A stretch of 63,940 nt of DNA, filler included, from Diploschistes diacapsis (taxonomy: Eukaryota): NCBI GenBank assembly GCA_023645945.1. It is 12 parts of 12 records of this genome, joined end to end, with 100 filler letters (N's around TTAATTAATTAA, not from the genome) between each part and the next. Parts side by side here need not be neighbours in the genome. Positions count along the whole stretch, not along the records: positions 18,029 to 35,933 come from JALAIB010000431.1; positions 36,034 to 37,046 come from JALAIB010004313.1; positions 37,147 to 38,159 come from JALAIB010004314.1; positions 38,260 to 39,272 come from JALAIB010004315.1; positions 39,373 to 40,385 come from JALAIB010004316.1; 7 more parts are not named here. One strand, given 5' to 3'. The notes under the pieces are model-generated. The model was given only the letters and a program-made list of their open reading frames with translations, searched no databases and was not told the origin of the DNA. Both the position numbers and the translations under genes were made by a program. Shown here piece by piece: positions 26,981 to 40,485 of this stretch (its first letter is position 1; each line of letters begins with the position of its first letter).

Positions 26981-28550
26981 GTGATTCTAGTCAAGAAGTA
27001 TCAAGCTGCTAACAAGCTTGTAGTGTCACCACTCACGCTCACGTGGAAAAGGAATAATTCGTTCGCACCAAGGATTAGTTCGAGGGGTTTTGATTATCAG
27101 GGCTATTTTCGATCGGTAATTGAGGGAAAGAAACAGGATCACTCGTACCGATATTTCCAAAACATCAATCGGATCGCAAAGGAATTCCCATTCGCCCATG
27201 CCGGCCGAGGGAGACGACCTTGTCAATGATGGTGTACCAACGACTATGTAAGCGATATTTCCCACTCTCGCTTTCAGAAAAATGAGTCGACTTAACTCTG
27301 CATTCTAGCTCGGAACAGGCGGAGTTCCCAGGTTCTGGAAACCATGCACAAAGTCCTGGACAAGTATGGCGCGTGTTCAGGTGGATCGCGAAACATCTCG
27401 GGCAATAACAAGTTCTCTTTGGCCCTGGAGCGTACGCTTGCAGACTCGCATAGGAAGCCCGCGGCCCTGTCCTTTACCAGTGGATACAACGCCAATGACT
27501 GTGCTCTAATGGTACTGGGATCATATCTGTCGAACTGTTTTCTCTTTTCTGACGCTTCCAACCACTCCTCCATCATCGAGGGTATTCGCCGTTCGAAGGC
27601 AAAAAAGTTTGTGTGGAAACACAACGATCTCGAGGATCTTGAAGCGAAGCTAGCTGCAGTCCCTGAAGACGTGCCAAAGATCATTTGTTTTGAGTCAATC
27701 TATTCAATGTGTGGTGAGTTATTGGTGGTTCATACCATCCCTCCATTGCCCCTCAGGAATTTCTTTTTCATTGCAACCTTCTGGCTCTTCGTATCTGCAG
27801 CCACAGTTTCGGCACTGACCCAACACAAGGGACTGTGAGTCCCATCGCGCAGATCTGCAACCTAGCTGAGCGGTATAATGCAATGACTTTTCTCGATGAG
27901 GTACACGCCGTAGGCCTATACGGACCACGAGGCGCCGGAGTAGCAGAGCATCTTGATTTCGAAGCACACCAGGCAAGGCAGCACAAGGGAACCATCATGG
28001 ATCGGATCGATATCATCAGCGGCGCCCTTGGGAAGGGCTTTGGAACCATGGGCGGTTATATCGCGGGTCCAGGCGAGCTGGTAGATGCAGTGCGTTCGCT
28101 GTCGAAAGGGTTTATTTTCACGACCAGCATGCCGCCGGTGCTCACGGCGGGTGCGCGCGCCGGGATCGAACACCAGATGACCCACCCACATGACCGTGCC
28201 CGGCTGCAGCATCGTGCCCTCTCGCTGAAGAGAGAGCTGCAAAAGCATGGTTTCCCGGTCATCCCGAACGGAAGCCACATCGTGCCGCTTCTGGTCGGCG
28301 ACGCAAAGAGCTGCAGGCTCGCCGCGGACATGCTCTTTGGCGATTTCGGCGTCTACGTTCAGCCTATCAACGCGCCGAGCACTGTGGTGGGGCTGGAGAG
28401 ACTGCAAATTTCTCCAACCGGAGCGCACACGCAAGAGCATCAAGATTGGCTCGTGCAGGCATTGCTGAGCATCTGGGGATCGCCTCGGTCTCGCACGCAT
28501 TGATGAATGGCACGAACGCGGTAACGATTTCCTTCGGGCAGGGTTAGATG
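26981..28550 (+). pseudogene. HEM1: 5-aminolevulinate synthase, probable accessory paralogue, disrupted
   Basis: [69 protein letters not shown] lysine in [22 protein letters not shown]. Lesions: in-frame TGA at 27227-27229, frameshift near 27320, and an extra G near 28476 that shifts the [11 protein letters not shown] tail out of frame. Confidence 0.93.
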
Positions 28551-28823
28551 CTGATGCAAGACAAGTATGCAAAGTAGGGTTAAGCCATACTAATTTAGTC
28601 ATAACACGTACTGCTCTGTATTAGCTTGGAAACCCGGCTTCCTCAAAAGCCAATAATTGTGTACAAGAAAGGTACTAGGGTAATCATGGCTTCAGCTGGG
28701 CACAATCACTCTCATAATGATTTGAAACTAGACTTGATTCGTCATTCGAGCGGGGTAGATCATGTATAATAAATTTGCCAGCAGTAGACCACTGAATGAA
28801 AGAGTCCAATAGAGCCTTGCTGA

Positions 28824-29989
<1,166 letters not shown>

Positions 29990-30476
29990 GCTCTTAGCGA
30001 TCAAAAATTCTCTTCGAGCCTAGGGACGATCCCAAGGGCCAGTTTTTAACTGCTCAAGCTCCCTAGTACTGAGAGATCTATATTTGGTTGACGGCTGACA
30101 AGAAAGGGGAAGGCATGGAAAGGGGAGTCTTATTGTTTCCAGCTGCGATAAAAGAACACCCGGGTTACAACCACCTGAAAGAAGACGAAGAAGGTTCATT
30201 AGCGGTATTTAAAATGAAACAGTATGGTGCATGGTTTTGGTTTTGGCGAACTGAGGCGGCAGTGTCGCGCTGTCATCCAACCCTGATGCCTTTGTCATGC
30301 CTGTGCCCACCCTGAAGGAGTGGCCGGGAGGTGTTGAGCGTTGATGCACACCGCATAGTTTAGCCTCGTCCTCGGCCTCTTCCAAGAAGGGGTGAAGAGA
30401 GCGCATTGAATTGAATTAAAAGCATCCTGGTCTGCCTCCTTCATTTCAATGTTCTTGGAATCTTGCAATAGAAGTT

Positions 30477-31355
30477 ATGGCGCGCGAGGTTGTCACCGCA
30501 AACGATCTGGCCCCAGTAATCCAAGTCTTCGTTTGGTTCAGTCTTGTCCTCGCGATCCTGACAGTGGTTGTCCGCCTAGCCATTAAGTTGAGAATTGTTC
30601 GCAAGACCGGACTTGACGACGTGGCCATCGTAATAAGCTTGGTCTGCCCATTTATTTTCAGCGGATAGCAGGATGCTCACGGGTCCCAGCCCACAGCTGC
30701 CGAGGTCTCAGCTCAGCTTAAGGTAGATATAGTACTCTTGAAAACGCTTGTCGAAAGGGTACCTACTCTGCAACATTCCTATTCATTTGCAGCTCCTATT
30801 TCGCAAAGATTTCCGTTGTGCTTTTTATTCGGGCTCTTACAACAGCCGCCAACTATCGCAGATACGGCCGGTACCTAGGCTTCTTCATTACCCTGTGGGC
30901 CATCTCGGCCATTGCTTCCAACGCTTTCCAATGTGAACTTCCAGAGCCATGGAATGTACTGGGCGGTAAAATGCCTTGACACAGTAAGTTGTCTTCTTGA
31001 CGCAAGGCGCAATTTACTGACGCGAAGAATCTACCAGCTGGCTTGGGAGAACTACGTTGCAATTGTCAGCAGTCTCACAGACTGTCTGCTTGTAGTCCTG
31101 CCTTTCGTCATAGTATTGTCCATTCAGATTAGAAAAAAGCGTAAGATCGCTGTGATGTTTGCCTTTACTATGCGACTCACGTACGCCAAAATCCATGGAA
31201 TCCCAGAGCTGATCGGAAGGCTAATAACAGTCAGTACCGTAGCAGCATTAGTCTGTCAAATTGTTTACTTGAATGCCACAAGGTCCTCGACAGACCAGAG
31301 TCTCGCGCTCAGCCCCGTTGCGATATCGACGCAACTGGCACAGTATAAAGATTAG
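30477..31355 (+). pseudogene. Pth11-like (fungal rhodopsin-domain) integral membrane protein, internally deleted and truncated
   Basis: TM1 then VVRLAIK..GLDD; FAKISVVLFI; AFQCELPEPWN..KC; SSLTDCLLVVLP..IQI..KK..VMFAF.MR. The second TM/loop exon is largely missing and the ORF stops before the last helix. Confidence 0.75.
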
Positions 31356-31693
31356 CGTTGTGTCCTGATGCATGGTAAAGGCCCTGCGCACATTAATCGG
31401 CGCTTATTCTGGGGGTCACTTCGTACTACCGCGGGAACTCATTGCTACTTTCATTTCATTCCATGGGGTGGGTGTATGCAATGTCTCCTGCTAGATACTG
31501 CAAATGAGTAAATGAGGGTCTTGCCCTCCAACGCAATCTCGCCTGTGCGCCAATCGGCCGTTGAGTGGTATAACACTGCCGTGTATTACAGTTCGATTTG
31601 CTTTCTTTTCTTTTTACCTCTCCCTTGCATATTTCTTTCCATCATCTTCCTGTCTTCTGTGCTTCACACAAAGCCCCAGATTCGCAATCCAGC

Positions 31694-33571
31694 ATGAACG
31701 GAGTCTCCTCGACTGTCAGAGATATGCCTGCGCCGGCAGGCTAGGGGATGGAGCTGGAGCTCACATCAGCAAAGCAAAATGACGATAAGCTTTTCGTTCG
31801 GCTTGGAAAGAAACCAGTCCTCAAAGTAAGTACAAACCTATCGGTTGGACGAAGTTCAATTATCAAGTCGCTGATGGCATCGACAGCGTAACTTTGGCTT
31901 CATGTCCATTCTGGGTTTCAGCTGTACTGTTCTCGTTACATGGGAAGGATTTCTGATGCATGTTCTGTATCTTTCCCGACACGGAGAGCCTGGACTAATG
32001 TATTGCAGCGTTTTGGCTTCTGGCTTTAATAAGTGAGACTCTCTACATACCGACTTGCGAACGCTAAATTTCCTTCAAGCGGTGGACCTGCAGGCATTGT
32101 GTATGGCTTCATCTTGTTGTGGATCGGGACTTTGTCGACCTTTGCCACCCTTTCGGAATTGACATCCATGTAAGATATCTCTTTCATAGTATTTCACTAT
32201 CCTGCTCATACAATTGCACAGGGCACCGACGTCAGGAGGCCAGTATCACTGGGTTTCCATGCTTGCTCCGCCATGGTGCCAGAAATTCCTGAGTTACGTT
32301 ACAGGTGGGTATATCTCGAATCCATCGTCCTGTCCTGCCGGATCTGATAAGCTCTTCTCCCAGGCTGGTTGATCGTGCTTGGATGGCAAGCTTTTGTTGC
32401 CTCGGATGGATACCTCAACGGCCTGTTGGCGCAAGGGCTAATCGTGCTTGCCGATCCGAGCTACGATTTCAAAGTATACCACAGTGTCTTGCTTTACTGG
32501 GGTCTTATTCTTTTTTCGGTCTTGATCAACACCGTCGTCTCCAGTCTCCTCCCCAAGTTCGAAGGGCTAATCCTGATACTTCATATTACCGGATTCTTCG
32601 CGATTCTGCTTCCGCTTGTGATATTGGTTCCGCACGCCGAACCTTCCGCGGTATTTCAAACGTTCGTCAACGGTGGCAACTGGCCAACCAACGGTCTTTC
32701 GTTCTTCGTCGGCCTGCTTGGCAACGTTTTTCGCCTTTTTTTGGAGCCGATGCAGCTATCCATATGTTTGAGGAAATCCAGGGCGCTGCCGTGGTTGTTC
32801 CAAACTCCATGATGATGAGCATCCTACTCAACGGCTCAATGGGTTTCGGAATCGCTATCGCACTGCTTTTCCGTTTGGGCGATATAGACGCGGCTCTCGA
32901 GACCCCGACCGGATATCCGTTCATCGAGATATTCTATCAGGCAGTGCAGTCGGTTGCCGGGGCTTCGCTTATGACCGCCATTATTTTGACTTTGGCTGTT
33001 TGCGCCACCGTTGGCACCGTGGCATCGGCTTCGAGACAGCCCTGGTCCTTCTCACGAGATAGAGCCGTTCCTGGATGGCGTTACATTCAGCGAGTCAACC
33101 CGAAAAACCGCAGTCCCAGTCACGGCCGTTATGGTCACTACCGCCTTTTCGTATCTCCTGGCATTGATTGTCTTGGGCTCGGCAACCGTGTTCAACGACA
33201 TTGTGTCCCTGTCTGTGGTGGGACTATTTGGATCTTATTTCTTGGCCGCGTCGCTTCTGCTCCATCGTCGCCTGCAGGGGCATATCTTCCCGTACCAAAG
33301 GGACTCTACTGAGCTCGCGAACGTGCCGGGTGCGCCGCTTTCGTGGGGACCATGGCGGGTTCCGGGAGTCCTCGGCGTTGCAAACAACATCTTCACTGTC
33401 TGCTATCTGGTTGTTATATGGTTCTTCAGCTTCTGGCCCCCAGCGACGCCAGTGGAGCCATCGACGATGAACTACGGCATTGTTATGCTTGGTGGTACAA
33501 TGATTCTCAGCGTCCTCTACTATGTTTTTCGGGCCGGGACAGTGTACACGGGCCCTGTTGTAGAATTTTGA
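31694..33571 (+). pseudogene. APC-superfamily amino acid/choline/GABA permease (Hnm1/Uga4 family), frameshifted
   Basis: LGKKPVLK-RNFGFMSILGFSC..TWE, GGPAGIVYGF, SELTSM-APTSGGQYHWV, GADAAIHMFEEI, ASRQ.WSFSRD, SWGPWR and TMNY motifs. Frameshifts in a T run near 32730 and an A run near 33105. TAG at 31742 upstream of an alternative ATG at 31748. Confidence 0.85.
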
Positions 33572-35339
33572 GAACTCTACCGAGGTTGTTGTTTGGCCGA
33601 TAGTGTATAGTGTCACGATAGGAGCATAACGAGGGCGTGTGAATTCAATAATAGTTGGGCAACAAAATCCCATGTTCGAAGCAGCTAAGCAGCTAAGCAG
33701 CATGCTCGACCAACAAGTTTATACTAGCATAAGCTCTCCATCAGCTGCTTCATTACACAAAAGAATCGCCGAATGCCTACTCACTTCAGGAGATAGGTAG
33801 GATGACACTTCGACAACAGAACCAAGCTTAATGTGTCGTGCTCTCGCAGTGTCGGCTTCAAAGCTTAGGTGCCAGACCTCATTGCGACATTCTACCCCGG
33901 ATGCGTCTCCTTCCGGCCAGTAAGCCCTCCATGGTTATCAATCCAAATATCAACTCGTCATGATCGCCATTCCTACAATAAGCTCCAACATAGCCAAGTC
34001 TTATACTGGGCAGTGCTTCTGTACTTCTCCATGGCTCCCCACCCGCTGAAAGCAGGGAAAGCTCGCGCTTTCGGTTAACAAGGACTGCGTTCTTATAGAG
34101 ATTTGTATGATTGAAGCATCAGTATGTCCCAGAGTTCCATAGCTCATGGAAGTTGTAACTCTTCTTAGTCAAATGAGAATGGATTCTCTGAAAGACATGA
34201 GTTTTTTTGGTAGTGCTGGAAACAAGAGTTAGGAGTTTGGGTTATGAGTTGCTATTAAAAAAGTGGACATTATACTGGACACAATCTCGATAAGTAAACG
34301 GTCCTTGACCAAGTTTCTCGGATTGTTGGTGACTGTTGCCATGTCATGGTGTGCCGCTGACTGACAACTGGATTGTCTTCAAGGAAGTACGGCCTTCAAA
34401 TCAATGCTTTTCCTAGATGCATGAGTCATCTCAGGCTTGCCAAGTCTCTGAATTTTTAGACTTTCTTTATATTTCAAGCAAATAGTGTTGCTCGTAGAGT
34501 TGTAGCTATAGTGGCAAAAACATGCTTTGGTGACTGGCGGATTTGGGGTTCTGCTTGATGGCTCTTTACCTTATATCAGATCTGCCATGTCTATCACCAA
34601 CAATAATAGCAAAATGAGATCTACGACTTTTGTTTAGCGTTTTTCAAGTCTCCTCCAATTCCCTTATTGAATCAATGGACGTACCATATTAATACACTCA
34701 AGTGGGTGATTGGGAGTCTCCCCAGATAGCAAAGATGATGCCTAGCGGGACCCACAAGCCTGGATAAATATTCAGCTTCAAAGCATTATAGATGGGAAAG
34801 CAATTTCCAGTTTGCTGTAGAGGCACGACCAATCTTCCTTAGATAGAAATGGCATTGCGGCATGGATTTCTCAACTGGGACTCCCAGTCCTGTTTGGTTA
34901 ACATTAGGCCACATTTGAACGATTCAATATGACTTGCGAAGAAAGAGATTGGCATATTTGGGAGGAAAGCTGCCAGTTCTCGTGTTAGTGGTATACGCTG
35001 CAGAGGGCCGTCCGGTATCTAGCCAAGTTAGGATAGCGACTTGAAGATGCAATTGACTGGGCTCTGAAGCTATCTCTTTCTCGTTGCAAGGAGGATCCTG
35101 AAATGTCACGCTAACTAAACATAGTTTAGCTTTCCTAGCCTTAGCTTAGCCATCGGAGATAGCGGGAGATAAATTCACGCGGGAATCAACAGCTGGCTTC
35201 AAAACCCCTTCTATACTCCATGTGCTACAACTCCATGTCACCAATCTTCTAGATCCCCCCCCACCACTTCGCACCTCACCAACCCTTTTACAACAGCGCC
35301 AAATCCTCTCCCTGAACATCCACCTCCCAAACATCAAAA

Positions 35340-35933
35340 ATGGACGAAACCTTCACCCTCCTCCCGCTGCACCTCGACCCGCAAACGAAATCCCTCTCCG
35401 CGCCCAGCATGGCCGGCGCCTCGAGCCTGCAGACGGAGCTGGCGGCGCTCAACGCGACGCACCGCGCGCTCGTGACGCTGGAAAGCTCGCACGGCGTGCC
35501 GCCGGCGCCGCTGCCGCTGAACCCGAAGCGGTCGGCGGCGATCCAGAAGATGCGGGAGCAGGGCAACGCGGCGCTGGCGCGGCGCAGCGCGGGCGGCGGC
35601 GCGGCGGCGGCGGCGGCGGCGCAGGAGCACGTCAAGGAGAGCATCAAGCTGTACAGCTACGCGGTCGACATGGCGCTGGGGCGGCCGCCGTGGGAGCCGG
35701 CCCAGATCGTGCGCGACGAGCTGTCCGCCCTGCTGAGCAACCGGTCCCAGGCCTTCATCGGCCTGCAGGCCTGGCCCGAGGCCGCGGTCGATGCCGAGAC
35801 GAGCGTCGAGATCAAGGCCGGGCCGGGCCAGGGGAAGGCCTGGTGGAGGCGCGGCAGGAGCCTGATGGAGATGGCCAGGCTGGACGAGGCGGCCGAGGTG
35901 GTGGCGCGGGGGATTGAGGTTGAGGGGAAGGAC
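35340..35933 (+). CDS. SEC72: Sec62/63 complex TPR subunit Sec72, 3' truncated at gap
   Basis: MDETFTLLPL.LDP, ELAALN..HRAL, VPPAPLPLNPKRSA.IQKMREQGN, ALGRPPWEP, LSNRSQA and KAWWRRG are typical of fungal Sec72. Confidence 0.9.
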
Positions 35934-36095
35934 NNNNNNNNNNNNNNNNNNNNNNNNNNNNNNNNNNNNNNNNNNNNTTAATTAATTAANNNNNNNNNNN
36001 NNNNNNNNNNNNNNNNNNNNNNNNNNNNNNNNNTAATATACGAATGATTAAATAAAATAAGTATTAATTCGGGGTTATAACCTGTTTAATAAGGT

Positions 36096-36157
36096 AACGT
36101 ATATATGCATAGCGAGCGGACACTTATAGCGAGCGGACACTTATAGCGAGCGGACAC
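36096..36157 (+). mobile_element. Fot1/pogo-type terminal inverted repeat end (second copy at 41462-41497)
   Basis: TA + ACGT start followed by a 17-bp unit (ATAGCGAGCGGACACTT) in three tandem copies. A related end at 41460 reads TAACGTATATGCCTAGCGAACGGACACTCATAGCGAGC. Confidence 0.65.
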
Positions 36158-36499
36158 CCTTCTCGATTCGTACGAGTTATAAATATATTTACGCAATCAA
36201 TTCTTACGATAATTTATTATATTAATTATCCGTATCTTCTTTAAAAGCTATAAATTCTATTTTATAAATTCGCGCATTATGCCCGAATTAATTATATTTA
36301 TTATAACGTCGTACGCTGTCAGTATAGACTCAAATTGTAGTGTGTGTAGAAGATGGATTGCTAAAAGCTAGGTGAGCAAGCGAGCCTTCTAGTAGCTAGT
36401 AGAGCCACTACAATATCCACCAGGACAAAAAGCTCATGTCCCTATAAGCAATAGTCCCAAACAGGTATCAAAACAGCGAGACAAACCCTCGAAGTTTTG

Positions 36500-37046
36500 G
36501 TCCAAAACATCCTAGCAATATATCCTATATTGTTTTCCTTTTTCCTATCTTTAAAGTAACTCTGCTCTTCCATTAAGCTTATTTCTATTTCGTAGACATA
36601 GCTCTAGTTCTATACTTTTAATAGTTTTATCTTTATAACGCCAACGTACCTTGCTTCGAACTCGAGGATCCGGTTTATCGAATGTTTCTATAACTCTCGT
36701 TTTATAATCTATATATTGTCGATAACATTATATCCTAATTATTAAATCAAGTATTACGTACTTTATTTACGTCCTTTACGTATCCGGCGTTTAATTAATA
36801 ATCGTTTTATTTCGTATTCCTTATCGATCCCGATCGTTATAGATAATAGCGGTAAAGGTCGTCGGTAATAAAGGTTATTAATTAAGTCTAATATCGGTTC
36901 GAAATACGTAATGTTAATAATATCGTGAATATATTAATAATGCGATTGTTATAATTTATAAATTAATTTATTAATATGTTTTAAGATCTTGAAAGGTCTA
37001 ATAAGTTAAACGAAAAGCTTGATATTAATTACGATAAATAGTTTAT
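36500..37046 (-). mobile_element. Heavily RIP-mutated retroelement coding remnant (possible Gypsy integrase C-terminus/chromodomain)
   Basis: Extreme TpA enrichment. The minus strand near 36980-37000 reads like a decayed GPFKIL motif. No ORF survives. Confidence 0.35.
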
Positions 37047-37690
37047 NNNNNNNNNNNNNNNNNNNNNNNNNNNNNNNNNNNNNNNNNNNNTTAATTAATT
37101 AANNNNNNNNNNNNNNNNNNNNNNNNNNNNNNNNNNNNNNNNNNNNTCCTTAATTATTACTCGGGATCAATCTATATTCGTTATCTTTTATTATTAAAGA
37201 ACTTTCTTTTTAAAAACAATCTAAGATTTATAATTATTCTATTTTCTTCTCCTGCCATATTCCTTTTCTAATAGAGACCAAACCCACCTTGATCTTACTC
37301 GTGTATACCTTGTATAGATAGAGATCATAATATATATGTCGAAAAAAATAGAATCAATATTAGTTCTATTATTCTCCTTCTTTCCGAGAATTATAGATAT
37401 AAATAATTAATAGATTTTAATTATAAAAACAAGCATTAACGAGAAATTTCGAAAAATATAAACGACGTTATATTTATTAATTAAATTATAGACGTATATT
37501 CCGTTAAATATATATTAAATTTTAATGAGAATAAGACCCCCGCCGAGAGATTAGACATATATATTAATAATATTTCCGAGATTAACGACGACATTAATAC
37601 AGCGTTTTTAAAAAGGAAAAACAGTATTTCGGATTAATTAGAAAAATAGATCCTTAATACCGGATGTTTTACATATATAAGCAGCTTTCG

Positions 37691-38024
37691 TGAGACAGCC
37701 CAGCCCAGGGGCCTGCCAAGCTGGGCCTGCCAAGCCACGGCAGGGTTAATGCCTAGGTGCTTGCTAAGCCACGGCAGGGTTAATGTCTAGGTGCTTGTTA
37801 AGACACGGTAGGGTTAGGGGGTGGTTGTGTAGACGGGTAGTTCTCGAACCCTAATAGGTCCGGTATTTATATTATTTAACGGTGCCTTTCTCTTATTTAG
37901 ATAATTTTTTTTTTAGTTTTTCGAATCGAAACCTTTTATTTATAAATATTTAAGCTATATTTAATTTTTCCGGATTAAACCCAGCTTCCGATAGAATAAC
38001 ATTCTTTCTTACGTTAGTATTTTA
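37691..38024 (+). mobile_element. LTR family B copy (RIP-mutated)
   Basis: Collinear with 39644-39963, differing mostly by C>T/G>A changes. Starts TGAGACAG. Confidence 0.8.
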
Positions 38025-38544
38025 TATTCGAAAAGTTCACTTTATTTTCGTATTCGTGACGAGAGTTTAAAACGTTAATCGAACATTAAATATTCGAGTG
38101 AGTTTATAATAATCGGAATTCGAAAGTATTACCCGCCGACTTATTATAAATAATGACCCNNNNNNNNNNNNNNNNNNNNNNNNNNNNNNNNNNNNNNNNN
38201 NNNTTAATTAATTAANNNNNNNNNNNNNNNNNNNNNNNNNNNNNNNNNNNNNNNNNNNNATATAAGGACGATCACGGCGCGTATATTTTAAACACTTTAG
38301 AACCCTAAAACTAAATAATATAACGAGATAGAACTTATCGTTGAAAGAACAATGTTTATAAGAAGAAATAATAAGGATTTTATGACGAGCGATAGAACGG
38401 GAAAGTTAGATTCGTTCGATGGACCAGTTGCGAGAAGTTAGAAAAAACATCGTTATTTTACGATTTGGGATTCTTTTTTGTTTAGTATTTATATTAGATC
38501 CTTCGGCGAATCATCGGGCCGATAATATTGAAAAAGAAGGATAA

Positions 38545-38999
38545 TATTACGATCCAAGTATCAGACTTAGTACGTCTTAGTTTTATATATAGATCAGTCA
38601 CGGGATTAGGGGTCACGTGATGCGTTTACTGCTCGCGTTTATTCTCGTAAGCGGCGAACGGGTTTTCGTTATCGTTCGACGGTCGCGTTTATTTTTATAA
38701 ATAACGAGTTTCGAGAGTACCGCTCGTTAAGTTTACGATGAACGGCGAGCGAGTTAATTATATATAAACACGACTTTACTTTCGTAAAAAAAGACGTATT
38801 TATTTTTATAAATATCTTTAGTGGTTATTCGAGATCAATTTATATTCGTTATTTTTATTATTTTAGAGCTTTCTTTTTAGAGATAATCTAAAACCTATAA
38901 CTGCTTTATCTTTTTTTCCTATTACATTCCTTTTCTAACAGAGATTAAACCCACCTTGATCCTACTCGTGTATACCTTGTATAGATAGAGATCATAACA
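38545..38999 (+). mobile_element. LTR family A, 455 bp (other copies: 37147-37331 partial, 42711-43165 minus, 61817-62166 minus partial)
   Basis: Four alignable copies. Least mutated termini read TGTTACG...ATCATAACA, i.e. TG..CA with short inverted ends. The two full-length copies are both 455 bp. Confidence 0.8.
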
Positions 39000-39643
39000 C
39001 GTAGGTCTATCGTAGGTCAATAAAAGTATTATTTATTCGAAAAAATCCGGATAAAATATTATTAGTTTCGAATGATATACCTAGATTAAAAAACCCGAAA
39101 AACGAAAAAAACGGTCGAATATCGTATGTCTATCGTAGATTAACTAAAGCGTTATTTATTTAAAAAAAGTTAATAATAAAATATTTATCCATTCCGCGAA
39201 TATTCGTAAAAGATATTACGAGGCGAGAATCTATCGATGTCTTATCGACGAAAAAGCTATTCGATTTAATACNNNNNNNNNNNNNNNNNNNNNNNNNNNN
39301 NNNNNNNNNNNNNNNNTTAATTAATTAANNNNNNNNNNNNNNNNNNNNNNNNNNNNNNNNNNNNNNNNNNNNATTTATATTAATAAAAATTATAAACGGG
39401 AACGAATTTTTAAAATAAAGCGATATCGATCATTATAATAATTATATTTTCTTATAGAATCTAAAAGCGTATTTAATTAAAAACGACGTTAAAAAAGATT
39501 TAAAAAAACGAAAATATTTATTATAAAAGAATAACGAGTATCCTTTTAAATAAATTAAAAAAAGAAATAAAGATCGAGGTGAAGATTAACTGAAAAAAAA
39601 TATCGCGCTTATAAAAGATATAACCATCTAGAAAGGGGGGTAG

Positions 39644-39963
39644 TGAGACAGCCCAACCTAGGGGCCTGCCAAGCCACGGCAGGGTTAATGCCCAGGGGCC
39701 TGCCAAGCCACGGCAGGGTTAATGCCCAGGTGCTTGCCAAGACACGGCAGGGTCAAGAAATGGCTGTGTAAATAAGTAATCCCCGAACCCCGGTAAGTTT
39801 AACATCCACATTACTTAACGGTGCCTTCCTCCCATTTAGATAATTTCTTCTTCAGTTTTTCGAATCGAGACCTTTTACTTACAGATGCCCAAGCTATACC
39901 TAATCCTTCCGGATCAGGCCCAGCCCCCGGTAGAGTAGCATCCTTTCCTGCGCTGGCGTTTCA
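39644..39963 (+). mobile_element. Gypsy-like 3' LTR (family B) preceded by a polypurine tract
   Basis: AGAAGGGGGGTAG immediately before TGAGAC...GTTTCA. Contains about three 34-bp tandem units. Confidence 0.8.
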
Positions 39964-40385
39964 TAAACTTTGACTTAGTTTAGCCAATTTAGCTTTCTTA
40001 GAATAGCGTAATCGGTGCCCGCGTTTTATTGATAAATAATTTAACTTCTACTTTAGATCTTATTACCCCAGGGTGCTATAATCTAGATCTTGGGTTTTTA
40101 AGATCTTTTCAATTTAACTTGTAATAGGTAACGTAATTGGATCCCGTAGTCGTAACGGTGGTACCTGCCCGGAGACATTACTTTTAATACATAAACGCGA
40201 CGGGATAATAAATTAACCCGGGCTTATAACCTTTTAAATAACGTATGTATTGAAGTCTAGATATCTAGAGATCTAACTAAAAGGAATAGTCTGCATACAA
40301 GCTCTTATACCAATAAGATCCACTAAACCCTATAGACTTGCACTACTCCCGATTAGGATTAACAAGAACCCCAGTAGGTTCAGCT
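39964..40385 (+). repeat. Unclassified dispersed repeat family F (copies 62260-62655 plus, about 41598-41860 minus)
   Basis: GCGTAATCGGT.CCCGCGTTTTATT...CGTAACGGT..TACCTGCCCGGA...GGTTCAGC is shared between independent contigs. Confidence 0.75.
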
Positions 40386-40485
40386 NNNNNNNNNNNNNNN
40401 NNNNNNNNNNNNNNNNNNNNNNNNNNNNNTTAATTAATTAANNNNNNNNNNNNNNNNNNNNNNNNNNNNNNNNNNNNNNNNNNNN

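Noticed and set aside
27227..27229. In-frame TGA in ALAS as selenocysteine or readthrough
   Set aside because: Further frameshifts in the same gene show decay, the position is not a conserved Cys, and ascomycetes lack the selenocysteine machinery.
33700..35200. Possible additional cluster gene between the permease and SEC72
   Set aside because: No ORF or motif I could assign; may be decayed coding sequence but unsupported.
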